Below, piece by piece: positions 55,943-64,000 of a stretch of 64,000 bases of DNA. Source of the stretch: Candidatus Nanopelagicales bacterium (lineage in GTDB: Bacteria > Actinomycetota > Actinomycetes > S36-B12 > JAWKJK01); contig JAWKJK010000002.1 of the NCBI GenBank assembly GCA_041393815.1, positions 620,916 through 684,915 on the forward strand, in the 5' to 3' direction. Below the pieces are notes generated by a model. That model saw only the letters and a program-made list of their open reading frames with translations, searched no databases and was not told the DNA's origin. The stretch's first letter is position 1. Each line of letters begins with the position of its first letter. The position numbers and the translations under genes are program-made.

Positions 55943-57264
55943 TGCTCACCGTCATCGGCATCGTGCTGTTCGCGCTGGTGATCATGCTGTCGATCGCGCT
56001 GCACGAGGTCGGCCACCTGGTCCCCGCGAAGCGCTTCGGGGTCAAGGTCACCGAGTACATGATCGGCTTCGGCCCGATGGTGTGGTCGCGGCGCCGCGGC
56101 GAGACGGACTACGGCGTCAAGGCGATCCCGCTGGGCGGCTACATCCGGATGATCGGGATGCTGCCGCCGCCGAAGGACGCCCCGCCCGGCACCGCCCGGG
56201 CCGCCACCACCGGCCGGATGGCGCTCCTGGTCGAGGAGGCCCGCCGCCAGTCGCTGGAGGAGGTCGCGCCCGGAGACGAGAACCGCGTCTTCTACAAGCT
56301 CCCCGTGCGCAAGCGGATCGTCATCATGCTGGGCGGACCGCTGATGAACCTGCTGCTGGCGTTCGTCCTGTTCGCCGGCGTGCTGGTCGGGATCGGCCTG
56401 CCCGAGCCGACCCTGCAGGTCACCGCGGTCACCGCCTGCACTCCCACGTCCGCAAACCCGTCCGCCGACGCGACCGAGGCCGGCGGCTGCCCGGCCGGCT
56501 CGCAGCCCTCGCCGGCCTCGGCGGCCGGGATCCAGCCCGGCGACACGATCGTGTCGATCGACGGCCGGGAGTTCACCTCGTGGGACGAGATGACCGCCTG
56601 GGTCCGCGCCGCGGGCGCCGTACCCGTGACGATCGTGCTCGACCGGGGCGGCAGCCAGGTCACCACCGAGACGACGCTGGCCACCGCGGAGCGTCCGGTC
56701 ACCGACGAGACCGGACGGCCTACCGGGGAGACCGAGTCGGTGTCCTACCTCGGCGTCCGCCCCGAGATCGCGTACGTGTCCCAGCCGTGGTCGGCGGTGC
56801 CGCAGCAGATGTGGGACCTGACGACGGCATCGGTGAAGGCGCTGGTGTCGCTGCCGGTGCGGCTGTACGAACTGCTCACCGACACGCTGATCGGCGGCGG
56901 GGAGCGGCAGATCGACGGGCCGGTGTCGGTGGTCGGAGTCAGCCGGCTCGGCGGTGAGATCGCTGCGCTCGACGAGCCGATCGAGGCCAAGGCCGCGACG
57001 TTCCTGGGTCTCGCGGCCTCGCTGAACCTGTTCCTGTTCCTGTTCAACCTGCTGCCGGTGCTGCCGCTGGACGGCGGTCACGTGGCCGGTGCCCTGTGGG
57101 AGGGGACCCGGCGCCGGCTGGCGAAGTGGCGCGGGAAGCCGGACCCCGGGCCGGTCGACCTGGCCCGGCTGATGCCGGTCGCGTACGGCGTCGCCGCCGT
57201 GCTCATCGGGATGAGCCTGATCGTGATCTGGGCCGACCTGGTCAAGCCCATCACCCTGGGCTGA
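55942..57264 (+). CDS. rseP: site-2 (M50) zinc metalloprotease RseP/Rip1
   Basis: HEVGHL (HExxH), a central PDZ-like region, and NLLPVLPLDGGH. The start overlaps the dxr stop. Confidence 0.92.
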   Translation: MLTVIGIVLFALVIMLSIALHEVGHLVPAKRFGVKVTEYMIGFGPMVWSRRRGETDYGVKAIPLGGYIRMIGMLPPPKDAPPGTARAATTGRMALLVEEARRQSLEEVAPGDENRVFYKLPVRKRIVIMLGGPLMNLLLAFVLFAGVLVGIGLPEPTLQVTAVTACTPTSANPSADATEAGGCPAGSQPSPASAAGIQPGDTIVSIDGREFTSWDEMTAWVRAAGAVPVTIVLDRGGSQVTTETTLATAERPVTDETGRPTGETESVSYLGVRPEIAYVSQPWSAVPQQMWDLTTASVKALVSLPVRLYELLTDTLIGGGERQIDGPVSVVGVSRLGGEIAALDEPIEAKAATFLGLAASLNLFLFLFNLLPVLPLDGGHVAGALWEGTRRRLAKWRGKPDPGPVDLARLMPVAYGVAAVLIGMSLIVIWADLVKPITLG

Positions 57265-57273
57265 CAGACCGCC

Positions 57274-58071
57274 GTGCTGCGCCGAGTCCGGGCCACCCAC
57301 TACGTCACGCCGCTGCGCGAGGGCGGCTCGCTCCCCGGGCTGGTGGAGGCCGACGACGACGGGATCTACGTCGCCAAGTTCCGCGGCGCCGGCCAGGGCA
57401 CGGCGTCGCTGGTGGCCGAGGTGGTGGTCGGCGAGCTCGGCCGCCGGCTCGGCGTGCGGGTGCCCGAGCTGGTCGTGGTCGACCTGGACCCTCGGATCGC
57501 TGCGCGGGAGCCGGACGAGGAGGTCCAGGACCTGCTCGCGGCCAGCGCGGGCGACAACCTGGGCATCGACTTCCTGCCCGGGTCGGTCGGGTACGACGGC
57601 GTGGGCTGGCGGCCGTCGCCAGAGGACGCCGCAGCCGTCCTCTGGCTGGACGCGTTCACCGGGAACGTGGACCGCTCCTGGCGCAACCCGAACCTGCTGG
57701 TGTGGCACCGCCTTCTGTGGGCCATCGACCACGGCGCCGCGCTGGTGTTCCAGCACGCCTGGCCCGACCCGCACGAGTGGGCGGCGCGGTCGTACGACGT
57801 CGGGGACCATGTGCTGTCCGGGGTCGCCCGGAGCCTGGGGGCGCCGGGGCGGGCGCAGGTGGACGAGCGGCTGACCGCCCAGATGACGCCCCAGTTGCTG
57901 GAGGAGGTGCTCGCCCTGGTGCCGGACCCGTGGCTGGAGGGGACCAATGCGGCGCTCGCGGGCGCGCTGCCCGACGCGGACGCCGACCGGTGGCGGCGGC
58001 GGTACGTCGAGATGCTGCTCGCCCGCCTGGCGCTGCCGTCGGCGCCCTGGCGGGAGGTGGTGGTCGGATGA
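57274..58071 (+). CDS. HipA-like serine/threonine kinase family protein
   Basis: Catalytic-loop-like TGNVDRSWRNPNLL and downstream AIDHG. N-terminal YVTPLREGGSLPGLVEADD...YVAKFRGAGQG. GTG start 9 nt after the rseP stop. Confidence 0.72.
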   Translation: MLRRVRATHYVTPLREGGSLPGLVEADDDGIYVAKFRGAGQGTASLVAEVVVGELGRRLGVRVPELVVVDLDPRIAAREPDEEVQDLLAASAGDNLGIDFLPGSVGYDGVGWRPSPEDAAAVLWLDAFTGNVDRSWRNPNLLVWHRLLWAIDHGAALVFQHAWPDPHEWAARSYDVGDHVLSGVARSLGAPGRAQVDERLTAQMTPQLLEEVLALVPDPWLEGTNAALAGALPDADADRWRRRYVEMLLARLALPSAPWREVVVG

Positions 58072-58469
58072 TCGACGGTGACCGGCCGGGCACCGAGCAG
58101 CCCTTCCAGTACGCGGTGATCCGCGCGGTGCCGCGGGTGGACCGGGGCGAGTGCATCAACGTCGGCGTCGTCGTCTACTGCCAGGCGGCGGACTTCCTGC
58201 AGGCGCGGACTCACCTCGACGAGGAACGGCTGCGGGTCCTCGACGCCGGCGTGGACGTCGAGGCGGTCCGGGCCGCCCTGGACGCCGTCGTCGCGGTGTG
58301 CGCGGGTGACCCCGCCGCCGGACCGGCGGCCACCGGCTCGCGAGGCGAACGGTTCGGACGACTGACCGCGCCGCACAGCACCGTGGTCCAGTGCGGCCCG
58401 GTGCACTCGGGGGTCACCGACGACCCCGCCCGTCGGCTGGCCCGGCTGCTGGAGCACCTGGTCCGCTGA
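58068..58469 (+). CDS. DUF3037-like protein of unknown function
   Basis: 133 aa. The ATG overlaps the upstream stop (ATGA). The pattern FQYAVIRAVPRVDRGECINVGVVVYC resembles DUF3037. The upstream part of ORF 57096 was discarded. Confidence 0.68.
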   Translation: MIDGDRPGTEQPFQYAVIRAVPRVDRGECINVGVVVYCQAADFLQARTHLDEERLRVLDAGVDVEAVRAALDAVVAVCAGDPAAGPAATGSRGERFGRLTAPHSTVVQCGPVHSGVTDDPARRLARLLEHLVR

Positions 58470-58648
58470 CGTCGCCCGCCGACCGTCCGTCGGGGGTGCG
58501 CGAGCGAGGGGCGAGGGATACCGGGTCCCGCGGTCGGGGCTGGTCGTGCCCTAGGCGGGACCGCAGACCGCGCCTGCCTCCGCGGACAGCAGCGTGTTGA
58601 TGAACAGCGCGAGCAACCACGCAGCAGAGACGCAACTGCCGGAGTGCC

Positions 58649-59200
58649 TCAGTGCCGTCGCGTCAAGACAACCGCGACCTCGTGGTCCGAAACCGGATAC
58701 TCGGCGTATCCGAGAGAGGGACTGTCTCGATAGGCGAGGCGCACCCAGTCGGGGCGGTCCTCGAACTGTGGGTACTCCGGATTCTCGCTGGGCGTGAAGT
58801 CGTCGATGACGGCGACGCCACCGACACGGAGCAGCCTGAGAACTCCTTCGGGAGTCGGCTTCGGGCCGCCGTCGAGAAACACGAAGTCGAAGGGACCGAA
58901 GTCCAGCAGGGCCTGTTCGTTCCCGGTCACCACCTGCACCCGGGCATCGTCTGCGAACAACTCGCGGGTCTGCTGAGCGCGCTCAGCGTCGAGCTCCACA
59001 CTGACCAAGGTGCCCCCCACGGGCAGCGCGGCTGCTATGGCGGCAGTTCCTACCCCGTACCCGGATCCCACCTCACCTGCACGCACGTCCCCGGACAGCG
59101 TGCGGACAAGATTCCCCAGCAGGTCTGCGGTGCCCTCCGAGCACGAGAAGGAGAACCCGGCGGCGTAGGCACGGGATCGAGCCTCGGACACCCACGTCAT
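58649..59200 (-). CDS. class I SAM-dependent O-methyltransferase
   Basis: SAM motif EVGSGYGVGTAAIA, then VSVELD, then FVFLDG. Third-position GC is noticeably lower than in neighbouring genes. Confidence 0.8.
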   Translation of the reverse strand: MTWVSEARSRAYAAGFSFSCSEGTADLLGNLVRTLSGDVRAGEVGSGYGVGTAAIAAALPVGGTLVSVELDAERAQQTRELFADDARVQVVTGNEQALLDFGPFDFVFLDGGPKPTPEGVLRLLRVGGVAVIDDFTPSENPEYPQFEDRPDWVRLAYRDSPSLGYAEYPVSDHEVAVVLTRRH

Positions 59201-59341
59201 GGATGAAGTATCGGGCGGCGCACGGGATTGCCGCCGTTGATGCCCACGTGTGGCGTCGTGGTAGAGCGGCTACCCAGGCGCGAAAGTCGTTGGGATTGTT
59301 GGCCTTCGGACTTCCCTCGCCATTCGAACTGGTGTACGATA

Positions 59342-60865
59342 ATGGGCATGGGGGACGACGGGGTGGCGCCGCGCAGCGGTGGCTCGCTGGGCGCGGACGT
59401 CGCCCTGCTGCTCGAGGTCGCGGAGCGCATCGGCACCCGCGTCGCGGACGGCGAGCACCGGCAGCTGGACGGGGCCGCGCACGCCGGGCTGGCCGCGGAG
59501 CTGGTGCGCGCGACCGGTCTCGGGGAGGCCGCGGCGGCCGAGCTGCTGCGGGCGGCGTACCTCACCGGTGACCTGCGCAGCGCGGGCTTCTTCAGCGTGC
59601 GCGGCTTCGTGGCCGACGGCCTCGGGGTGAGTCGCGGCCAGGCGGGGCGGATCAGTGGTCTCGGCGTCGGGCTCGAGCGGCATCCGAGGCTGCGCGACGG
59701 AGTCCTGGCCGGGCGCATCTGCGCCGACGCCGCGCGGGCGGCCGCGCAGGGCATCGCCTCGGCGGTCGCGGACCTGCGCGGCCCCGAGCGCGAGGACGCG
59801 CGGACCAAGGGAGAGGCGATCATGCTGCCTGTCTGCGAGGCGGGCACGGTGGCCGACGTCGAGCGGGTCGCGGCCGCACTGGTGTTCCACCTCGATCCCG
59901 AGAGTGCGGCCCGACGCGCACTCGAAGCACTGGAGCGCCGGCACGTGCGCGTCGGCCGAGTGGGCGCCACGGCGGTAGTGACCATGGTGCTCGACGCGCT
60001 CACCGCGGCCCAGCTCGTCGAGCTGCTCGAGGCCCGCGTCGACCGGTGGTTCCGCACCGGCTCACTGCCTGAGGACCTGCTCCCCACCGGCGACGAGGAG
60101 GAGGACGAGCGGCGCCGTACGGTCGCCCGCCCGCGCCTGCTCGCCGACGCGTTCGCCGAGATCCTGACCGAGCTCGTCGGATCGCAGTCGGCCGGCACCC
60201 GAAACGGCGCCCCGGTCTCGGCGTCGGTGCTGGTGTCCGCGGACCACCACCGCGACGGCGCTCCTGGCCAGTTGCTCCTGCCGGGTCGAGAGCCGGTAAC
60301 CGTTGCAGCGGAGACGGTCGAGCGGGTGCTGTGCGACGCCGAGGTCACCGAGGTGCACGTCGACGGGCTGGTGCCCGACCGCTCGTCGCTGGGTCAGATC
60401 GCCCGCAGCGACCGGCGGACCCGCGATGCAGCGGCCGGCGTCGACCCGCACGACCTCACCGGGCAGTGCTCGCACGTGCACTGCATCGCGCGGCGCTACC
60501 GCACCGCCACCCGTGACCAGCGGACTGCGCTCGCCGTTCGGGACCGGCACTGCCGGTTCCCCGGCTGCCGGGTGGGTGCGGAGCGCTGCGAGGCCCACCA
60601 CGTCCGGGAGTGGGAGCGGGGCGGCGCCACCTGCCTGTCGAACCTGGTCCTGGTGTGCTCGCGGCACCACCACCTGCTGCACGAGGGCCGGTGGCGCATC
60701 CTCGCCGACGCCGACCTCGACCCCGGGCATCCCGACCGATGGCGGTTCACCCCACCGGACCACGGCTACGTCGGGGTCGACGGCGCCACGGTCGCCGAAC
60801 GGCTCCGACGAGGACACCCGCCGGAACCGCAGGGCGGCCCGCCGCCTCGATCCGTCGCGGCCTGA
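59342..60865 (+). CDS. DUF222/HNH endonuclease protein (REP13E12-like)
   Basis: C-terminal HNH CRFPGCRVGAERCEAHHVREWERGG...LVCSRHHHLLHEGRW. Long helical DUF222-like N-terminus. The start is ATG 59342 or 59348. Confidence 0.85.
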   Translation: MGMGDDGVAPRSGGSLGADVALLLEVAERIGTRVADGEHRQLDGAAHAGLAAELVRATGLGEAAAAELLRAAYLTGDLRSAGFFSVRGFVADGLGVSRGQAGRISGLGVGLERHPRLRDGVLAGRICADAARAAAQGIASAVADLRGPEREDARTKGEAIMLPVCEAGTVADVERVAAALVFHLDPESAARRALEALERRHVRVGRVGATAVVTMVLDALTAAQLVELLEARVDRWFRTGSLPEDLLPTGDEEEDERRRTVARPRLLADAFAEILTELVGSQSAGTRNGAPVSASVLVSADHHRDGAPGQLLLPGREPVTVAAETVERVLCDAEVTEVHVDGLVPDRSSLGQIARSDRRTRDAAAGVDPHDLTGQCSHVHCIARRYRTATRDQRTALAVRDRHCRFPGCRVGAERCEAHHVREWERGGATCLSNLVLVCSRHHHLLHEGRWRILADADLDPGHPDRWRFTPPDHGYVGVDGATVAERLRRGHPPEPQGGPPPRSVAA

Positions 60866-60938
60866 TCGACCGGACCGCGGGCATTCCGTCCGCGCCGGTC
60901 CTGAGGTTCCATGGAGGCTCCGACCGCGGGGAGGGCCG

Positions 60939-61781
60939 ATGCCGAGCGAGGACGAGATCCTGCGGGCCCAACGGCGCACCTGGGCCGCGCTGGCCGCGGG
61001 CTGGGAGAAGTGGGACGGCGTGATCATGGATCAGCTGGCCCCTGCCAGCGCCGCGATCATCGGCAGCCTCGGCCTAGCCGACGGGCACCGGCACCTGGAC
61101 GTGGCCAGCGGGACGGGGGAGCCCGGGCTGACCGTCGCCGGCCTCGTGCCGAGCGGCCGGGTCGTCCTCACCGACCTCTCCGCCGAGATGCTGGCGGTGG
61201 CGATGCGACGGGCGCGGGCGATGAACGTGACCAACGTCGAGACGCGGGTGTGCGGCGTCGACGCGCTGCCGTTCGAGGACGCCGCGTTCGACAGCGTCTC
61301 GGTCCGGTTCGGCTACATGTTCTTCCCGGACCTCTACGCGGCGACCGCCGAGCTGGCGCGGGTGCTGCGTCCCGGTGGGCGCCTGTGCTCGTCGGTCTGG
61401 GCCGGGCGCGACGTCAACCCGTGGACCACGCTCGTGCTGGACGCCATCGGGGCCGAGGTCGAGCTCCCCCCGGCCCCGCCCGGTGCGCCCGGCATGTTCC
61501 GCTGCGCCGAGCCGGGTCAGCTGTCCCGCGTGTACGACGCGGCCGGCCTGCGCGACGTCTCCGAGTGGGACGTGCCGGTGGAGCTCGTGACGGACTCGCC
61601 CGAGCAGGCCTGGGAGATGCTCAGCGAGCACGTGTCACTGGCGGTGGCGGCGCTGGCCCATCTCGACCCGGGCGCACGCGAGCGGGTCGCTCGCGCGGTG
61701 GTCGATCGGGTGAGCGAGTACCAGAGCGACGGCAGGATCAGGCTCCCCGGAGTGGCGCGCTGCGTCGTCGGCACCCGGTAG
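60939..61781 (+). CDS. class I SAM-dependent methyltransferase (small-molecule type)
   Basis: Motif I HLDVASGTGEPG, and post-I VLTDLS. RBS GGGGAGGG. Confidence 0.83.
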   Translation: MPSEDEILRAQRRTWAALAAGWEKWDGVIMDQLAPASAAIIGSLGLADGHRHLDVASGTGEPGLTVAGLVPSGRVVLTDLSAEMLAVAMRRARAMNVTNVETRVCGVDALPFEDAAFDSVSVRFGYMFFPDLYAATAELARVLRPGGRLCSSVWAGRDVNPWTTLVLDAIGAEVELPPAPPGAPGMFRCAEPGQLSRVYDAAGLRDVSEWDVPVELVTDSPEQAWEMLSEHVSLAVAALAHLDPGARERVARAVVDRVSEYQSDGRIRLPGVARCVVGTR

Positions 61782-61790
61782 ACCCACCCT

Positions 61791-61830
61791 CCGCGGCCGC
61801 GACGTCCGCCGACGGGTGGTGCGGCCGCGG
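61791..61830 (+). terminator. hairpin after the methyltransferase gene, upstream of ispG
   Basis: CCGCGGCCGC ... GCGGCCGCGG, a 10-bp stem with a 20-nt loop, 10 nt after the stop. Confidence 0.4.
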
Positions 61831-61907
61831 CCGGGGGATACTGGACTCCGCGATCCCGGACCCGGGTCGCATCGCGCCAGAGCCCGTACGGAAGAGGCGA
61901 TCACCGC

Positions 61908-63068
61908 ATGTCCGTGTCCCTCGGGATGCCGCCGCTGCCCCCGCCCACGCTGGCGCCGCGCCGGAAGTCGCGGCAGATCCTGCTGCGGCACCCGCACCAC
62001 CCGGTGCCCGTCGGCGGCGACGCCCCCATCAGCGTGCAGTCGATGACCACCACGCTGACGGCGGACGTGAACGCGACGTTGCAGCAGATCGCCGAGCTGA
62101 CCGCCGCCGGCTGCCAGGTCGTCCGGGTGGCCGTACCCAGCCAGGACGACGCGGAGGCGCTGCCCGCGATCGCGCGGAAGGCCGACATCCCGGTCATCGC
62201 CGACATCCACTTCCAGCCCAAGTACGTCTTCGCGGCCATCGACGCGGGCTGCGCGGGCGTTCGGGTGAACCCCGGCAACATCAAGCAGTTCGACGACCGG
62301 GTGGGGGAGATCGCGAAGGCCGCGGCGGACGCGGGCATCCCGATCCGGATCGGCGTCAACGCCGGGTCGCTGGACAAGCGGCTGCTGGAGAAGTACGGCA
62401 AGGCCACGCCGGAGGCGCTCGTCGAGTCGGCGCTGTGGGAGTGCTCGCTGTTCGAGGAGCACGGCTTCCGCGACATCAAGATCTCGGTGAAGCACCACGA
62501 CCCCGTGGTGATGGTGCAGGCCTACCGGCTGCTGGCCGAGAAGTGCGACTACCCGCTGCACCTCGGGGTGACCGAGGCCGGCCCCGCGTTCCAGGGCACC
62601 GTGAAGTCGGCGGTGGCCTTCGGTGCGCTGCTGTCCCAGGGCATCGGCGACACGATTCGCGTCTCCCTGTCGGCGCCGCCGGTCGAGGAGGTCAAGGTCG
62701 GCAACGCGATCCTGGAGTCCCTCAACCTGCGCCAGCGCGGCCTGGAGATCGTGTCCTGCCCGTCCTGCGGGCGCGCCCAGGTCGACGTCTACACACTGGC
62801 CGAGCAGGTCACCGCCGGGCTGCAGGGCCTCGAGGTCCCGCTGCGCGTCGCCGTCATGGGCTGCGTGGTCAACGGACCGGGGGAGGCCCGTGAGGCCGAC
62901 CTCGGCGTGGCCTCGGGCAACGGCAAGGGCCAGATCTTCGTCCGCGGCGAGGTCATCAAGACCGTCCCCGAGGCGCAGATCGTCGAGACCCTGATCGAGG
63001 AGGCCCTCAAGCTGGCCGAGGCCGAGGGCCTCGAGCCCGGCGACCCGGTGGTGACCACCCCGGCCTGA
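61908..63068 (+). CDS. ispG: 4-hydroxy-3-methylbut-2-enyl diphosphate synthase
   Basis: [38 protein letters not shown]. Confidence 0.96.
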   Translation: MSVSLGMPPLPPPTLAPRRKSRQILLRHPHHPVPVGGDAPISVQSMTTTLTADVNATLQQIAELTAAGCQVVRVAVPSQDDAEALPAIARKADIPVIADIHFQPKYVFAAIDAGCAGVRVNPGNIKQFDDRVGEIAKAAADAGIPIRIGVNAGSLDKRLLEKYGKATPEALVESALWECSLFEEHGFRDIKISVKHHDPVVMVQAYRLLAEKCDYPLHLGVTEAGPAFQGTVKSAVAFGALLSQGIGDTIRVSLSAPPVEEVKVGNAILESLNLRQRGLEIVSCPSCGRAQVDVYTLAEQVTAGLQGLEVPLRVAVMGCVVNGPGEAREADLGVASGNGKGQIFVRGEVIKTVPEAQIVETLIEEALKLAEAEGLEPGDPVVTTPA

Positions 63069-63140
63069 CCCGGCCTCCCGCGCGGGACCGGGTGACGTCG
63101 CGGCGTGTGACGCGGCGCCTCGACCCCCGGCTTCGGCAGG

Positions 63141-63986
63141 ATGGCCGCCGTGCCGGGCGTGCTGCGGGTCCTGACCTCGCGCGAGGTCGAGTCACTGCGC
63201 CGTCTGCTGGCGCACGACCCGGTCACCCACTGCTTCGTCTCCGCCCGCCTCGACGCCGCTGGCATGGACCTGTGGCGGCTCGGCGGGGAGGTGTGGGGCT
63301 ACGTCGACACCGGCCGGCTCACTTCCGCGCTGTACGTCGGCGCCAACGTGATCCCGATCGACACCGGGCCGGCCGCGCGGGCCGCGTTCGCCGACCGGGC
63401 CCGTCGGGTCGGGCGGCGCTGCTCGTCCATCGTCGGGCCCGCGTCGGAGGTGCTCGACCTGTGGCGGCTGCTCGAGCCCGCCTGGGGCACCGCCCGCGAG
63501 GTCCGCACGCGCCAGCCGCTGATGGTCTGCGACAGCGAGCCCCGGATCGCGGCGGACCCGTTCGTCCGTCCGGTGCGCCTCGACGAGCTCGACCTCCTGC
63601 TTCCCGCCTGCATCGCCATGTTCACCGAGGAGGTCGGCGTCTCGCCGGTGGCCGGCGGGGCGTACGAGTCCTACCGGGCCCGGATCGGCGACATCGTCCG
63701 GGCCGGGCGGGCGTTCGCGCGGATCGAGGACGGCCGGGTCGTCTTCAAGGCCGAGGTGGGGGCCGCGACCGACGCGGCCTGCCAGGTCCAGGGGGTCTGG
63801 GTCGATCCCGCGGACCGCGGCCGCGGCCTGTCCGCCCCGGGCATGGCCGCCGTCGTGCAGGCGGCCCGCGAGCGGATCGCCCCGGTGGTGTCGCTGTACG
63901 TCAACGACTACAACACCGCGGCCCGCAAGTCGTACGTCACCGTGGGGTTCCGCGAGGTCGGCACCTTCGCCACCGTGCTGTTCTGA
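63141..63986 (+). CDS. GNAT family N-acetyltransferase (conserved partner downstream of ispG)
   Basis: C-terminal GNAT motif VWVDPADRGRGLSAPGMAAVV. Its position after ispG matches other actinobacteria. Confidence 0.8.
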   Translation: MAAVPGVLRVLTSREVESLRRLLAHDPVTHCFVSARLDAAGMDLWRLGGEVWGYVDTGRLTSALYVGANVIPIDTGPAARAAFADRARRVGRRCSSIVGPASEVLDLWRLLEPAWGTAREVRTRQPLMVCDSEPRIAADPFVRPVRLDELDLLLPACIAMFTEEVGVSPVAGGAYESYRARIGDIVRAGRAFARIEDGRVVFKAEVGAATDAACQVQGVWVDPADRGRGLSAPGMAAVVQAARERIAPVVSLYVNDYNTAARKSYVTVGFREVGTFATVLF

Positions 63987-64000
63987 GGCACCCCGTTCCG

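Noticed and set aside
58649-61781. Restriction-modification-like system (two methyltransferases flanking an HNH nuclease gene)
   Set aside because: Both methyltransferases look like small-molecule class I enzymes (O-methyltransferase type and UbiE/Methyltransf_11 type). They lack DNA-methyltransferase motifs (no DPPY/NPPY or PC-ENV). The HNH protein is of the DUF222/REP13E12 selfish-element type. The three genes are not co-oriented.

Overview
High-GC (about 70%+) actinobacterial chromosome segment. I found no rRNA, tRNA, CRISPR array or transposase. The two ends carry a conserved housekeeping backbone. The left end is xerC-whiG-(M23 peptidase)-rpsB-tsf-pyrH-frr-cdsA-rlmN. The right end is dxr-rseP ... 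ispG-GNAT. About 46 kb of catabolic and accessory genes lie between rlmN and dxr: glutaryl-CoA dehydrogenase/CoA-transferase/GntR; dihydropyrimidinase and a beta-ureidopropionase-like amidase with an LLM oxidoreductase; polyamine/agmatine/GABA genes (Pot-type ABC importer, two omega-aminotransferases, four aldehyde dehydrogenases, two FAD amine-oxidoreductase paralogues, agmatinase); and two PucR, one Lrp, one MarR and one TetR regulator. The best candidates for uncharacterised biology are: (1) a HipA-like kinase + DUF3037-like gene pair, translationally coupled and inserted between rseP and ispG, followed by a lower-GC islet with a DUF222/HNH gene; (2) a GNAT-AAA+ fusion protein; (3) three families of long palindromic or hairpin repeats at gene junctions, one showing a compensatory base-pair change between copies; (4) perfect tandem repeats (60 bp x2.7 between tsf and pyrH; 33 bp x3 at the M23 peptidase N-terminus); (5) a roughly 42-nt cis-element shared by the promoters of two paralogous aldehyde dehydrogenase operons; (6) a pyrimidine-degradation cluster with no recognisable dihydropyrimidine dehydrogenase. 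All family calls come from motif recognition by eye. Many start codons are uncertain.
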